Part shown: in pieces, positions 11,060 to 22,700 of the stretch
How positions within the stretch are numbered: the stretch's first letter is position 1
Layout: every line of letters begins with the position of its first letter
Source: Blasia pusilla
Lineage: Eukaryota
Reading direction: 5' to 3'
NCBI GenBank assembly: GCA_050084515.1
Contig: CM114271.1
Span: forward strand, 3,596,001 to 3,660,000
DNA length: 64,000 bases
Made by a program: the position numbers and the translations under genes
The notes under the pieces: model-generated
What the model was told of the DNA's origin: nothing
The model's database searches: none
Seen by the model: the letters and a program-made list of their open reading frames with translations, nothing else

Positions 11060-14000
11060 GGGGTTGGGCCATACTTCATAGGTGAAGATGGTAGATGAGA
11101 GTTCATACTAGGGAGAGCATTTCCGTGGATGGGGAGAGAGTCGATTACCATTAGGGCTAGTTCGAATGGGGGTTGTGGGGCGGATTTTGGTGGGGTATGT
11201 CTCTCGAGTTTGACAGAGGGGATCATGTTCTCTTCTTGGTGAGAGATGTCCATGCCTCGACCCGCATCGGCCCCTCGCGTAGGGGCTTGTGGGTTGTCTA
11301 GCCGGGATACGAAATGCTTTTGTCCTGAATTCTTCACTTGTTCAGGAATTCGGAACCATTTAGCGGCTAAACATCCTAACTTTGATAGATTCGGATGGGT
11401 GGTTCCTCCAGTTGATCATGGATGCTCACCGGTGCTTCATGCATCATCGCCCCTTCTCGAGGCATGGGAGTGGTTGAGGTCCCACCTTGGCAGCATCACA
11501 AGTCTGTTTGAGACTCGTTTTCCTTGCCCGAGGTTGTTTCATAGGATCCCCCATGCTATTCGGGATGAGCTTCGCCAGTATTTCCTCCTTCCCTTATCTA
11601 GGATTGCACTTGATCCTATGGATGAGCTCTCGTGGTATCTACTACTTCTCCTTCCATGATGGTGTCTTCGCTATACCTCAGGAGGGAAGGCTGGCCATAG
11701 AGAGGTTGTGGCCCGATTGCGGCGATTCCGAGGAGGTGATTAGGAGTCTCTTTAGAGCGAGTTCGTGGCATATGCCAGAGGTAGCACTCCACGTGGTTTC
11801 CCAGTAGACGATCTTGTAGCTGTCAGATTGCGACGATGTAGGAGACTTGGGCGAGCCGAGAAGTACTCGCGAGCGGCTCGTGCGCTCCGCCCTATGGATA
11901 TGGCTCCTCCTTCCGATGTTACCATCGACGCCCTCTAGAGCCTACACCCTCGTCCAGTGGTTGACATCCCAACATTTGTACGTGACTTCCATCCTGACAC
12001 CACCTTATGCCGAGACCCGTCCCTCTTTGCACGGGCACTCGGGCGTTCCCCTAGGATAGCACCTGGAGGGTTGTCCGATATGATGTACGAACACCTTCGT
12101 GATTGCTTTCCCTCCGAGGACTCTGCTTGCGACTTTTCCGAGTTGCTTCAGGTTGCCTCTCACCTAGCTCATGGGAGACTGCCAACAGCAGTAGCCTAGG
12201 TATTGGGGGCGGGGCAACTTTTGGCGTTATCGAAGGAGGGTGGAGGGATCTGTCCGATTGCCATAGGGGAGGTGCTCTTGCGGTTGGTGAGTCGCACTAT
12301 CAATTTTTGCAGTTCCGTGAGGCTTTCCAATCACATCTGAGTCCGCACCAGTTCGGAGTTGCCACGCTAGCCGTTTGTGAGGTTGTAGCCTTAGGTTTGA
12401 GGGCTTGTTTAGATATACATCCCGAGTGGGTGGTTCTCCAAGTTAATGTGGAGAACGCCTTTAACTCAGTGTCTCGGGCAGCTATCTTCACAGAGCTGAG
12501 AGATGTAGGGGGTCCCATAGGGGGCCTGATTCCCTTCGTGCATGCTTTTTATGGGGCCCCCTCAGCTCTCTATTTTCACCACGGTAGGTTCGAGGAGGAG
12601 GTCACGGTCTTGGAGTCTGCTACCGAGACGCGTCAAGGTGATCCCTTGGGTGGTGCATTGTTTGCTTTGGCTCATTATGGAGCGGTTCTTTCTACGGTGG
12701 AGGCTTTCCTGGGTTGCATTTTCCCTTTGTTGGCAGATGATACGCACATTGTCGGCCCTGGAGACTTGGTTGTTCCTGCATTTCAGAACTTTTCAGCACA
12801 GTTGGCACACGTCGGCCTCGCGGTGAAGATGGGAAAGTGCAAGGCTTGGTCTTCATTAGAATTGTCAGTGGATATTCATTTACCCGACGGTTTTTTGACA
12901 CGTGCTGGAGGGCTTCGCGTCTTGGGAGTCCCACTCGGGAGCGAGGACTTTGTATCGAGTTTTGTGGCGGTGGCTCTTACCGAGGATCTTCTTCATGTCG
13001 ACGATCTCACGAGGATTGGTGACCCTCAAGTAGCTTATGGAATCCTCTGGTCATGTTTTGCCCGTAGACCTGGTTATATGTGTAGAACCGTGTGGGCGAC
13101 TAGCCATATTTCTTCCTTGTATAGATCCTTTGATAGAAAGATTATGCAGGGGTTTGGGGATCTTCTAGGACCTAGCTCATTAGAGTGCCCCGCGGGGGAG
13201 TTAGCTTGTAGACAGGCTTCTTGGCCGATTGCCTTTGGTGGAGTAGGTCTCATAGCGACTGAGCTAGTGGCGTCTTCAGCCTTTTTAGGGAGTTGGGCCA
13301 CTATAGCATCCCTCCTTTGCTCCCGATTTTTTATTAGGGATAGACCGCTACTTTTACACTATGTTTCCCAGGTTGAGGATGGTCTTTTCCCGCTTCAGTC
13401 TTCACTCACAGCTTGTAGAGACTCCCTTCTTGTTGAGGCTAGAGCACTTCTTCCCGCTTTCTCTTCCCTAGTTACCTCCGGACAGTCTGGGCTCCAATCT
13501 TCTTTGATGGAAGCCCACTTTGATGCATTATTTAGAGCTACTATGTCGGACGGGAATATCCCCATGGAGGTTCGGGCCCGTATTCGCTCTTGCTCCGGAA
13601 AGGGGGCATGCCCATGGGTGGGGGCTCGTCCCCTCATCCCGACTTTCCGCATCGCACCACTTACCTACACTATAGCGATGAGGTTCCAACTGGGCCTGCC
13701 CCAACCAACGGTGGTTGGTTCGACACATTGCGAGTGTCGCCGGAGTTTGGATCCACTTGGTGTGCATTTGGCACGGTGTCCAGTTGGGGGTGAGAGGATA
13801 GCCACTCACGATGCAGTGCGGGATATTATGTTCTCTATTGCTCGAGAGAGTGGATTCCATGTACAAAGAGAGAGGGACTACTCCATGCAGGATTCCCTTA
13901 TCCGTGCTGATCTCTACATGACGAGGGAGTCTGAGGTGGTGGTAGCGGATGTTGTAGTGACGGATCCTACGCGGGAGGCAGTGCGAGCCCAAGTGGTAGC

Positions 14001-14490
14001 ACAAGGGAGATTGCTACAAGGAGCGGCGGCGGTCAAGAAGACCCACATTTATAGTCGACTTCATGACGGACATCAATTTATCCCCCTAGCCATTGAGATG
14101 TATGGGGCGATGGGGGAGAGGTTTGACTCGTTCCTTACGGATTGCGCCCATCATCTCCAGTCGAGAAATGGGTTGTCCTTAGCCACTGCGATACTTTATT
14201 GTAGGCAACGGGTCTCCATAGCTTTGCAGCGCGCCCAGGAAAATGGGCTTCTGCGGCGGGCTCGGGCGGTTGGAGACACCAATGCTAGAGGCCCACTTAG
14301 CAGTAGCCATAGTTCTCTAGGTGTTGCTGATATTGTCTCTGTTGTTGGTGATTTTGGTCGCTAGGGCGGAAGGCCCCCTTCTTTCTCCTCGCGGCCGGTT
14401 GGGGCCTCTTGAGGTCTATTTTTTGGGTCTCCATGCCCCCTCTTTTGTATCGTGATGGGTTTCCCATCCTTTTTCTACATATACATATAT
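11060..14490 (+). mobile_element. CRE-like (RLE-type) non-LTR retrotransposon, near full length, degenerate
   Basis: N-terminal C2H2-like finger (KCFCPEFF..RNHLAAKH, ORF 11246); RT motifs QVNVENAFNSVSR, TRQGDPLG, LADDTHIVG, GLRVLGVPLG; C-terminal CEC..H..C knuckle, [29 protein letters not shown] (restriction-like endonuclease). Boundaries are approximate. Confidence 0.85.
12103..14364 (+). pseudogene. RT plus restriction-like endonuclease ORF of the CRE-like element (open from ~12300 to the stop)
   Basis: 753-aa ORF carrying RT and RLE motifs. The upstream part (11246-12300) is broken by stops and frameshifts. Confidence 0.85.
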
Positions 14491-15952
14491 TTTATTTTAT
14501 TTTCCTGACATCGTCGCCACAATCTTTGGAACCACTGCGGTTGCCTTCCGGACGTTGCTGCTACGAGATTACCTCCATCCGTGCCGGTTGTGTTGCCACC
14601 TACTGGGAAGTTGCGTTTGCAGCTAGGTCGAACGCACGTGTTGCAGCCTGCAACTAGGGACCCAAGAGCCACAACGGCCATGCCCATTTTTTTGGCCCGG
14701 ATTCATCCCTTCTCCCGTCTGTTGAACCAATTTCGTCCGTGGCTATTTCCGTCTGTTTTTTCGTCCATCCAGCCGCCTGTGCCGTCCGTTCAGTTTCGGT
14801 CCGTCCTCCGTCCGTTGCCGTTAGCTGCCACCCAATCCCGTCATTTAATTAAAGGTTATGATTAGCGACGGTCGACTCACCGAATTTACGTGCCGCCACA
14901 TACTCTGTTTTGGCCACCGTCTTTACACTGCAGTAGCTTGTCACCGATCGACTGTGAGTACTATCTTGGAGGGGATGTGACCTATTGATTTATGGGGTCA
15001 TGGGATTTATCTTGCTTTGCTATTTCTTGAGGTGGTACCCATTTGATGGCGATCGAGTACCGTGTCGTGACGCCCGTAACCGTAACGCGCCGCCGATTGC
15101 CGCGCCGTGTTGCTCGTGGCCGCACCGCACCATCTCGATCGCGGAGCTGCACCATCATTGTGGAGCAGAGCGTGTGTTGCTGTTGAGGGGGTATGCCAAA
15201 GGATTCCCCACCCTATTTTTGAGTGCCGTTTGTAGTCGTTCCGTGCTGCCAATGCCGTACCGTACCGCTGAACCCACATCGCGCATCGAGGAGATTTGAG
15301 CATCGTCAGTTCCACAGGAGTACGACTTGCTGCTTGGAGGGGTTGTCTTCATGCCCAAGTTGGGGTCAAGGTTCTTCAACTACTGAGGTGCGACATCGAA
15401 ATTAGTTCAGGTTACCCATTATGGTCCTTTGCCCTGTTGTGTTAGGGATTTCCGCATATTGGGTAGTTATTTGGGATATTGGGTTTTGTGCTAATGCTTA
15501 GAGCATCGATGATGTATGGGTTTAGGGGACATAGACCTGTGTGGGATATCTAGAGTTGAGGGTGTGTCATGTTGATGAGATGATAGGACAGTAGACGATT
15601 TGCCGTACCACCCCGCTTATTGCCGCACAACACACGTCTTAGTGAGAGAATGTAGCTTGAGTGCCGCATGTTAGATTGAGTGATTGCATGATTACTCGCG
15701 AGGTTGAGAGTGATCGTGTGAGAGGGGCATGAGGGTCATCATAGCGTCCTTTCAGGTTTTTGAGAGGCGAGATGGTGGACCTGAGAGTAGCTCTAGAGGG
15801 TTTACCCAGAGTGGTGCGAGGTTTCTAGAGTCTCCACGCGAGAGACCACCTCGATCTTCTTCTTTGTCGTCTTCAGACAAGGGGAAGAGTATAGAGGAGT
15901 GTGCTAGTGATCCATCTCACACATTGAGTGGTCCTTCTAATTGGGCGTACAA

Positions 15953-16870
15953 GATGGACGACCGGGATAGAGGACCGCGTAGGCTTTTGGATGCTATAGG
16001 CACTATAGAGTTACACGACTTCATTCCGGAGTTTAGAAGTTGGTGTGACTCACAACGGGCTAGGAACTCCAGAAAGTTCAACCCGTTTACAACATGGAAC
16101 GGAATGTTCCATCATTTAGAGGGGCACCCATGGACGATTATCATGAGCTCTCGCAGAGATATGCCCATGAGATTGCGTGGAGATTTTACTATGACCCAGA
16201 CTATATGACATGGACTGAGCCATTTCTAGATGAGGAGGAGGAGTCAGAAGAGGTTTCCTCCACTAGTGATGTTGTGGGAGGGGTGACTCACACTGGAGCA
16301 ATTGCATCGTCGAGTCAAGTGTGTCCCAAGTTCAACCCCGTGGTTGAGTTCTTTGCTAAGTTGAGGGCGAGCTACCAAGGGCTACAGACGGAGAAGTTGC
16401 GGAGTATCCACAACTTCTAGAGGCGCCTGGGTGAGAGTTTGCATGAGGCCTACACCCGCTTGGGTTGGTTGATTAACATCACTTAGGGAGTGACAGAGGC
16501 TCATGCTATCTAGTCATGGTACGCGATGCTGGACTAGACCCTGGGGACACGAGTGAGGGAGGGGGTGCTTCATATGAATACCTCGCCTACGTTGAGAGAT
16601 GTTTTTAGGACCGCCAAGAAAATTGAGCGCAACATGGTGGAGGAGACCGTAGCCACCATGGATTCTGGGCGAGAGCAGTCACGAGTGCCTGCACCACCAG
16701 TGCAACAACGTGGATTCCAAGATAGCTCTGTGGCACCATGAGTTCAGGGAGGATACCGGGAGGCCGTGCCACAGAGACCTGTGCCTTCATATGCGGCTCA
16801 TCAACATCCACCTACGATTACTTGTTGGTCATGTGATGGAGCCCATCATCAACGCGATTACACTTGTCAA
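15953..16870 (+). pseudogene. gag-like ORF relic with degenerate zinc knuckle
   Basis: MDDRDRGPRR..HDFIPEFRSWCD..FNPF..HLEGAPMDDY..FNPVVEFF..GESLHEAY; knuckle CWSCDGAHHQRDY at ~16820-16860. Confidence 0.7.
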
Positions 16871-16884
16871 GGTCATGGTCGCGT

Positions 16885-17445
16885 GCCTTAGCATGCTCAA
16901 CAACACTGCATCTAAGTTCTTTTCGCGGCACAGGGACAAAAGTGCTAGGAGGCTGCGTTGTAATGGATGGTTTGACTTTGAATGCAAGCAAGAAAGGGCA
17001 ATATCAGTTGATAAATCTTTGGATATCCAAAGTCGGCTTATTATGACGAGCCTTTACAAAGACTTGGTGAAATCTAAGAAAAGAACTTTCTTGCGGCGAA
17101 AGCAAGAGTCCTTGAAAAGGGAGCTGCATCAGGACCCCAAATCATTTTGGAGACGGTTAGTAGTACAGTCTTCAAAACCTACTCTTGATCCCAAATCTTT
17201 GATATCTTTTTCCGGAAAGCTCTATTTCTTCCCCGACGCTACATCTATGCCCCGTTGTGAAGGAATAGTTGGCTTATTCTCTGGAGCAGAGGTGATGACT
17301 CAACTAAGAAAATTAGCAAATGGTAAATGTGAGGATTTGGATAGTCTTTCTATTGAACTTTTCAAGTGGGGAGGAGATTGTATTGGACCGATCCTCACAA
17401 AACTATTTGGTGATGCTGCTATCTATGGTTTTCCTTCAACAAGAG
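16885..17445 (+). pseudogene. LINE ORF2 fragment (region just N-terminal to RT)
   Basis: DPKSFWRRL..FSGAEVMTQLRKLANGKCEDLDSLSIELFKWGG..LTKLF..GFPST matches the linker and start of RT in APE-type LINEs. Confidence 0.7.
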
Positions 17446-17521
17446 CGCGTAAGTGGAAGAAGCCAGGGTGGACATCGGGTGGTAGAGAGAGCATGGCAGG
17501 CACGGGCACGAAGATTGGACA

Positions 17522-18073
17522 GTGTTTTGGGAGATGTTGCGAGTAGTGGAACACTTGCAGGAGAGTCAGACATGTTCTCCGGTGTATATTTTGGAGAATG
17601 TGTCATTGTTGGGGGACACTCATGCACGTGTGATGACGAGTATGCATCAGGTCAGGTCTTGGTTAGGACCTGTTGTGTTGTTTGATACAGCGAGAGGTGG
17701 ATCATGCGCCCATCATCCAGGACTGTGGTGGACAAACCTAATATCATCAGAGGTATTGAGTGGAGCATACGATGGAGTTTAGAGATCACCACATCTCACA
17801 GTGAATACTATTCTGGGCTCAGGGCGTCGATCTCAGGTGGTGATGCGGGATGCTAGACCACCGTTGGCGATAGCCAATAGGGTGGGGGAGTTTAGGGCAG
17901 CCTTACTTATGTTGGTGAGCTTCCCAGCATCCCATGCCTTTTGTCACTGAGGGACAAGCATGATTTGGGATGAGGTGACCTGAGCATTGGAGGAGCCTAT
18001 GGGAGATGAGCGCGAACGCGCCATGGGGTTCGCTACGAGTACTACGTGTGGGAGAGGTGTTTGCAAATCATAA
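17522..18073 (+). pseudogene. C5-cytosine DNA methyltransferase fragment (C-terminal half), retroelement-associated
   Basis: One frame read through 3 stops: FWEMLRVV..VYILENV (motif VI, 17594)..FDTARGGSCAHHPGLWWTNL (motif VIII-like, 17708)..EEPMGDERERAMGFATSTT (motif IX-like, 18008). Motifs I and IV are not present. Confidence 0.75.
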
Positions 18074-18165
18074 AGGCTTTCTCCTTCATGGCAAGGGAGT
18101 GAAGGGACTAATCATGACACACAATATCATTCTTGCTGCCAAGTTGCATTTCGATCCTTCTTTCC

Positions 18166-18375
18166 TTTTCATTCCTACTGACTCTCTAGTGAGCGCCTAC
18201 ACGAGGAGCACTTCGATTCTCTGTCTCTTTCATGCATTTCTTTTCATTCCTACTGACTCTTCAGTGAGCGCCTAAACGAGAAGCAATTCGATTCTCTGTC
18301 TCTCTCGTGCGCTTCTTTTCATTCCTACTGTCTCTCCAGTGAGCGCCCAAACGAGGAGCAATTCGATCCTCTCTT
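18166..18375 (+). repeat. Tandem repeat, 75-bp unit, ~3 copies
   Basis: ATTCCTACTG recurs at 18171, 18246 and 18321, and the whole unit is conserved. Confidence 0.9.
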
Positions 18376-18427
18376 TATAAATGGTCCTGTGGGGTCCCCG
18401 TGAACAAGAAATCTGTTCTATTCATTA

Positions 18428-18430
<3 letters not shown>

Positions 18431-18476
<46 letters not shown>
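18431..18476. repeat. (TC)23 microsatellite
   Basis: Direct reading. Confidence 0.97.
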
Positions 18477-18478
<2 letters not shown>

Positions 18479-18479
<1 letters not shown>

Positions 18480-19450
18480 GCATCTGAAGTGTGGGGCCCC
18501 AGCTCCAAGGCTTGGCCCCAGGGCCTTGAGGCCCCCCAGAAACTCTTCATGCGTCAGAGTCTGGGCATTAGGAAAACCACTCCCCACGATATTCTATTGG
18601 CTGAGTTTGGGGAGGTACCAATGGAGATCCATGCTGTTAAGAATATGATCACATTTCTCCAACACCTTGAGGATATCTGTGAGGATGATCCCAATCGTCT
18701 ATCCGCCAGGGCCTACGTGGTTTCAAAAAGTAGTGCCACCCTTGGGGCTAAAAATTTGTACTATGACTGCACGGAGTGGCTCATGAAACGGGGAATATCC
18801 ATCGGTGACCTGCCTACGGCCACCCACCAGGACCTTGCTGAACAATTACACAACAATTACATTGCCATCAATCGGGGCCGACACGGCGCCTGGGAAAGCG
18901 GGGGAATTCCTCTCACAAAAATGGTGAAAGAATAAGGCGCTACCACACCCTCATGAACAACTGCAGATCCATGCAGCAAGCCTCCTACATCTCTGCCCCC
19001 ATTCCCACTAAGTTACGTCATACATTAGCGAGATTCACATGTGGCTCTACTGACCTAGAGATTGAGAAAGGAAAATTCTCACAGAAGAAAAGAGAGGACA
19101 GATTATGTAGATTTTGCAACTCGGGGCTTGTTGATGATGAACATCACTACCTCTTCGACTGTACCTTTCACGATCACATTAGGCTTGACTTCCCGGATCT
19201 CTTTGTTCACCGAGCTCCCAGGGTCCTCCCATTCATGATTAGGCAGACTCAGATTCAGATTCAGACTCAGAATCAGATTGCTAAATTCTTGCATAGTCGT
19301 GTGAAGACCAGGGACATTCACCTGGCTATGAGGACCCCTTAGGCCCTCGCTGGTGCTTGCTCTCTCTCCAAATTTGTTGTTAAGTGTCAAAACTAAGTCC
19401 CATGGCCCTGTGGGGTCCCGTGGAGAATAAATCTATTCATTCATTCATTC
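18479..19450 (+). mobile_element. 5'-truncated LINE (post-RT domain, CCHC finger, 3' UTR, (ATTC)4 tail)
   Basis: EVWG..LFMRQSLGIRKTTPHDILLAEFG; LARFTCGSTDLEIEKGKF..RLCRFCNSGLVDDEHHYLFDC (RTEX/L2-like C-terminus). Ends AATAAA-tct-(ATTC)4 and is flanked by TCTCTCTCTCTA on both sides. Confidence 0.8.
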
Positions 19451-19772
19451 TCTCTCTCTAGATGACAAAGTGACCAATTTACATACCCTCTCTGTATGTA
19501 GATGACAAAGTGCTGCAGTTGAAGTGACCAATTTACATAAGTGGGTACACTAGAAAGTGGACTGAGAAGGAGAGGAGTTGGATTGGATTGAGGTGCGCGT
19601 GTTGGTGGAGCTGAATCTGAAGAGGAAGGAAGGGAAGAGTGGGCTTCGTTGGAGGGACTGGACAGGAGACCGACTGCGCCCTGTTGACAGGGAGAGTGAC
19701 TCGTGAACTTCTTGGAGACAGTGGAGTAGAATTGGGGAGAGTCGGGAAGCGGATGGTGGAGAGCGGGAAGTG

Positions 19773-22700
19773 ATGGGTTCACTGGGATTGGATTCCGACG
19801 GCGTGGTTGCTGCTACTGCTGCGCTTGAAGGAGAGAAGAGATGCGAGGAAGAACCGATTCTGTACGTGAATGGAAAGCGCCGAATTCTGCCCAAAGATCT
19901 CGCCCACCTTACTCTCCTGGAGTACCTTCGAGGTGCGTACAAATCACGACTCACGAGTCCCATCTCGCGTCTCGGAGCTCGATTTCGCCTCCTCTTCATC
20001 CCCCCCAGTGTCACACCGGAGAGAAGGAGGTGACGGATCCGCCCAATTCAACTCCGACAGCTGTAGAGCAGCTTCAGAATTGAGCGCTGCGCTCAAATTG
20101 TGCCTGTCTCTGCATAAAACCTGGCAGTGATGGATCCAAGAGCTCAGTCTCGTGCTCTCTTAGTTTTGGCGGCTGCACAGGCCATAGGCTGTCCGCGTCT
20201 CTGTCTGCATGCTCCGCTTGTCTGCCAGACCTTCGAATTCTGCGGAGAGGATAGCGAGTTGTGGCCACTCTGAACAAGGCAAACTTGGGCATCTGAGGAG
20301 AGTTTCCTCAAGTTGGTTGACTCTTAGACATGGAATCGCTTCGAAAACAATACCGAAGGTGTTGAGAGCGTAATTCTCGTATGAGAATTGAATAGAGCGA
20401 AATGTAAGGAGCTTTGGAACTGGAGTCTTATGGTAGGCATCGAGTGTCTTCACGAAAATCATTGAAACCACAAGGATCCAGGAAAAATCCATCAGAAGGA
20501 AGTTTTCCCATCTTCTAGGTACAAGCTTGCCTGCGGATCTTGTTTGGGATTACAGATTCTTGTCTAGCATGCCATCTGAATGCTCCACAGCCATTCTCCC
20601 ATTTTGCCTGTGAGTCTCTGTAGTCCAATTCCAGCGCTTTCGAGTGGTGGTTGAAAGAAGAGAGCAGCTGATCTCCAAACCCTCTGCAGATTATTTCACT
20701 AGATTGGGATTTCACTGCCAGACACAGCTCTGAGCTGAACAGGATGCCGAGTCCGAGTGTAACATGGAAGGGGGTAGAGCTTGGCCCACCTCATCGCACA
20801 TCGCTGATGATTACAGCGACTCTGAAAACTCATCTGGAAGAAAGCCCCCTCATCTGTTTTTGTTTGGGCATCCCTTAACCATATCTGGTTAGTTTGATAC
20901 TCATTGTGAGTGTCACCAGAACTGGATTCCCTTGGTGTGCATGCAATACACTCTAGATGGGGGTGATAGGATTGCCACTCACGATGCTGTGTGTGTGCGG
21001 TGGTCCATGTCGTAGTTGCAGATCTTGTGTGAGAGTGGCCACGAGTGTTGGCACGAAGGAGATTGTGACAAGGAGGGGCGGCAAAGAGGAAGAACCAACT
21101 TTATAATTGTCTTGATGAAGGATGTCGATTTGTCCCGCTAGCCATAGAGATGTATGGGACTATGGGGAAGAGATTTGACACTTTCCTCACCATGGCTCAA
21201 GCAAGGTCAATCCAAATACTCCAAGTGTGCTCAAGGATCGACACAAGAGTCAAAAGTCGAAATAGAGCTCTACCGTCATGGCCATGCAAGTAAACTTGGA
21301 ATGGGTTTCATCGAGCAGAAGGTAGAAGTATCCTAGCATCCTCCGAGACAGATGGAATCCATGTAATGCTTCAATCTCAAATCACCCTTAGCTCTGGAAT
21401 ACATGGAAAATGTAGAGGGAAGAACCCAAAAGTGGGGTTTCAGTTTTGACCTCCCAGGGTTAATATGTGTGATGACTTGCGAGCACTGACTGAGAACAGA
21501 GAGGACGTCATCCACTGACCTCGATTACATAGAGCCGTCATCCACTAATTCGGCTTTCATGAAGATGGGTCTTCAAATATCGACACTTCTTCATAGATGT
21601 ATTGACACAGTCTTGTCTAGTAAGCATATCCGTGTGTTCAGTTCTTCCTACATTGTGTGTTGTATCTATCTTGCATCGATTTTATTCAAGTGTGTTCGCT
21701 CACTTAGAACTACCACTCTGTCGTGCTTCCTGCACCGAACCTTCTTCTTGATACCTACGTCTACATTCATCCTGCCACTGAAGTGTCTGTCTTTGCCTGT
21801 GATCGGATTCCTGGAGAATTCCCCAATCCTCTCGAAAAGAATTATTCGTTTTTGGGCTTCTAGGAAAGCTCTGGCTTCTACGTGTGCTCCTGCATAGGTG
21901 GAGTCTAAGTCAACCTTGCTGAGTGGTCTCTGCGCAGAAAAGGGTCTCACAGGAACGAAACTGGGATGTGGAGAGGGAGGATGTGGAGCTTGCACTGTCA
22001 TGGTCTCTCACTTCGACCTAACTGAACAGGCTGTCGTGTAGGGCTTCAGATCACATCCTTTGAATTTTACATCTATGCATAATTTCTAGAGATTTCAATT
22101 TATATGCGTGGGAGCTCTTTTCCCGTCTTGATACTGCCAGTTCCAGGAATTGCACTGGGGCCTTTACCAGTCTTGTATTGAATTGAACATGTCCTTTCGT
22201 TTGCAGTACCTTGTAATCTACGGTCTGGTTTTCCTGCTGCACAAAAAGTGCAGCAGGAAAACCAGACCGTAGATTACAAGGTACGACAGTGTTAAGTAAA
22301 ATCAGTTCTTGAATGCTCAGTTGGGTAGTATGAATGGTAGTACTGGACTATGAACATGGAATGTGACTGGCGATTGTTTCCACTCTTCACCACCCTGGTG
22401 ATGGGTGGTCTTGTGGAAGACTTCATGCCCGTTAGACAGACCTCATGGTCTCAAGGGAAGCTTCTGTCTTCCATTAAACGAGTGTCCAGAAGGGGGGATA
22501 GCGGTGCTGTAGAACTCATTGGCAGGCTTCATTTAATGATAACATAAGTGTACATGCTGCTGATTCGAGTGTCTACCCTTTTACATTCACCAGTATTTGG
22601 TGCACTCAAATGATATTTGGGCCACTTTGATCTCCATCTCTCTAAGCGAAGCCGTTGAAGCAATCATGAAGGTCCATAAGATTTTTCTTTGTGATCTCAT

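Larger units (their letters stand above)
9401..16870 (+). mobile_element. Gypsy-type element (long 5' region plus gag), interrupted by the CRE-like insertion
   Basis: Begins TGTCACAAC inside the preceding gag. Blocks 10066-10265 and ~15040-16000 are clearly homologous to 56528-56760 and 57195-59168. Confidence 0.65.

Noticed and set aside
16710-17546. 278-aa ORF as a real gene
   Set aside because: Chance read-through across gag (off-frame), a LINE fragment and the region before the MTase.
18166-18375. CRISPR-like array
   Set aside because: The whole 75-bp unit repeats with no unique spacers, no cas genes are present, and the context is eukaryotic.
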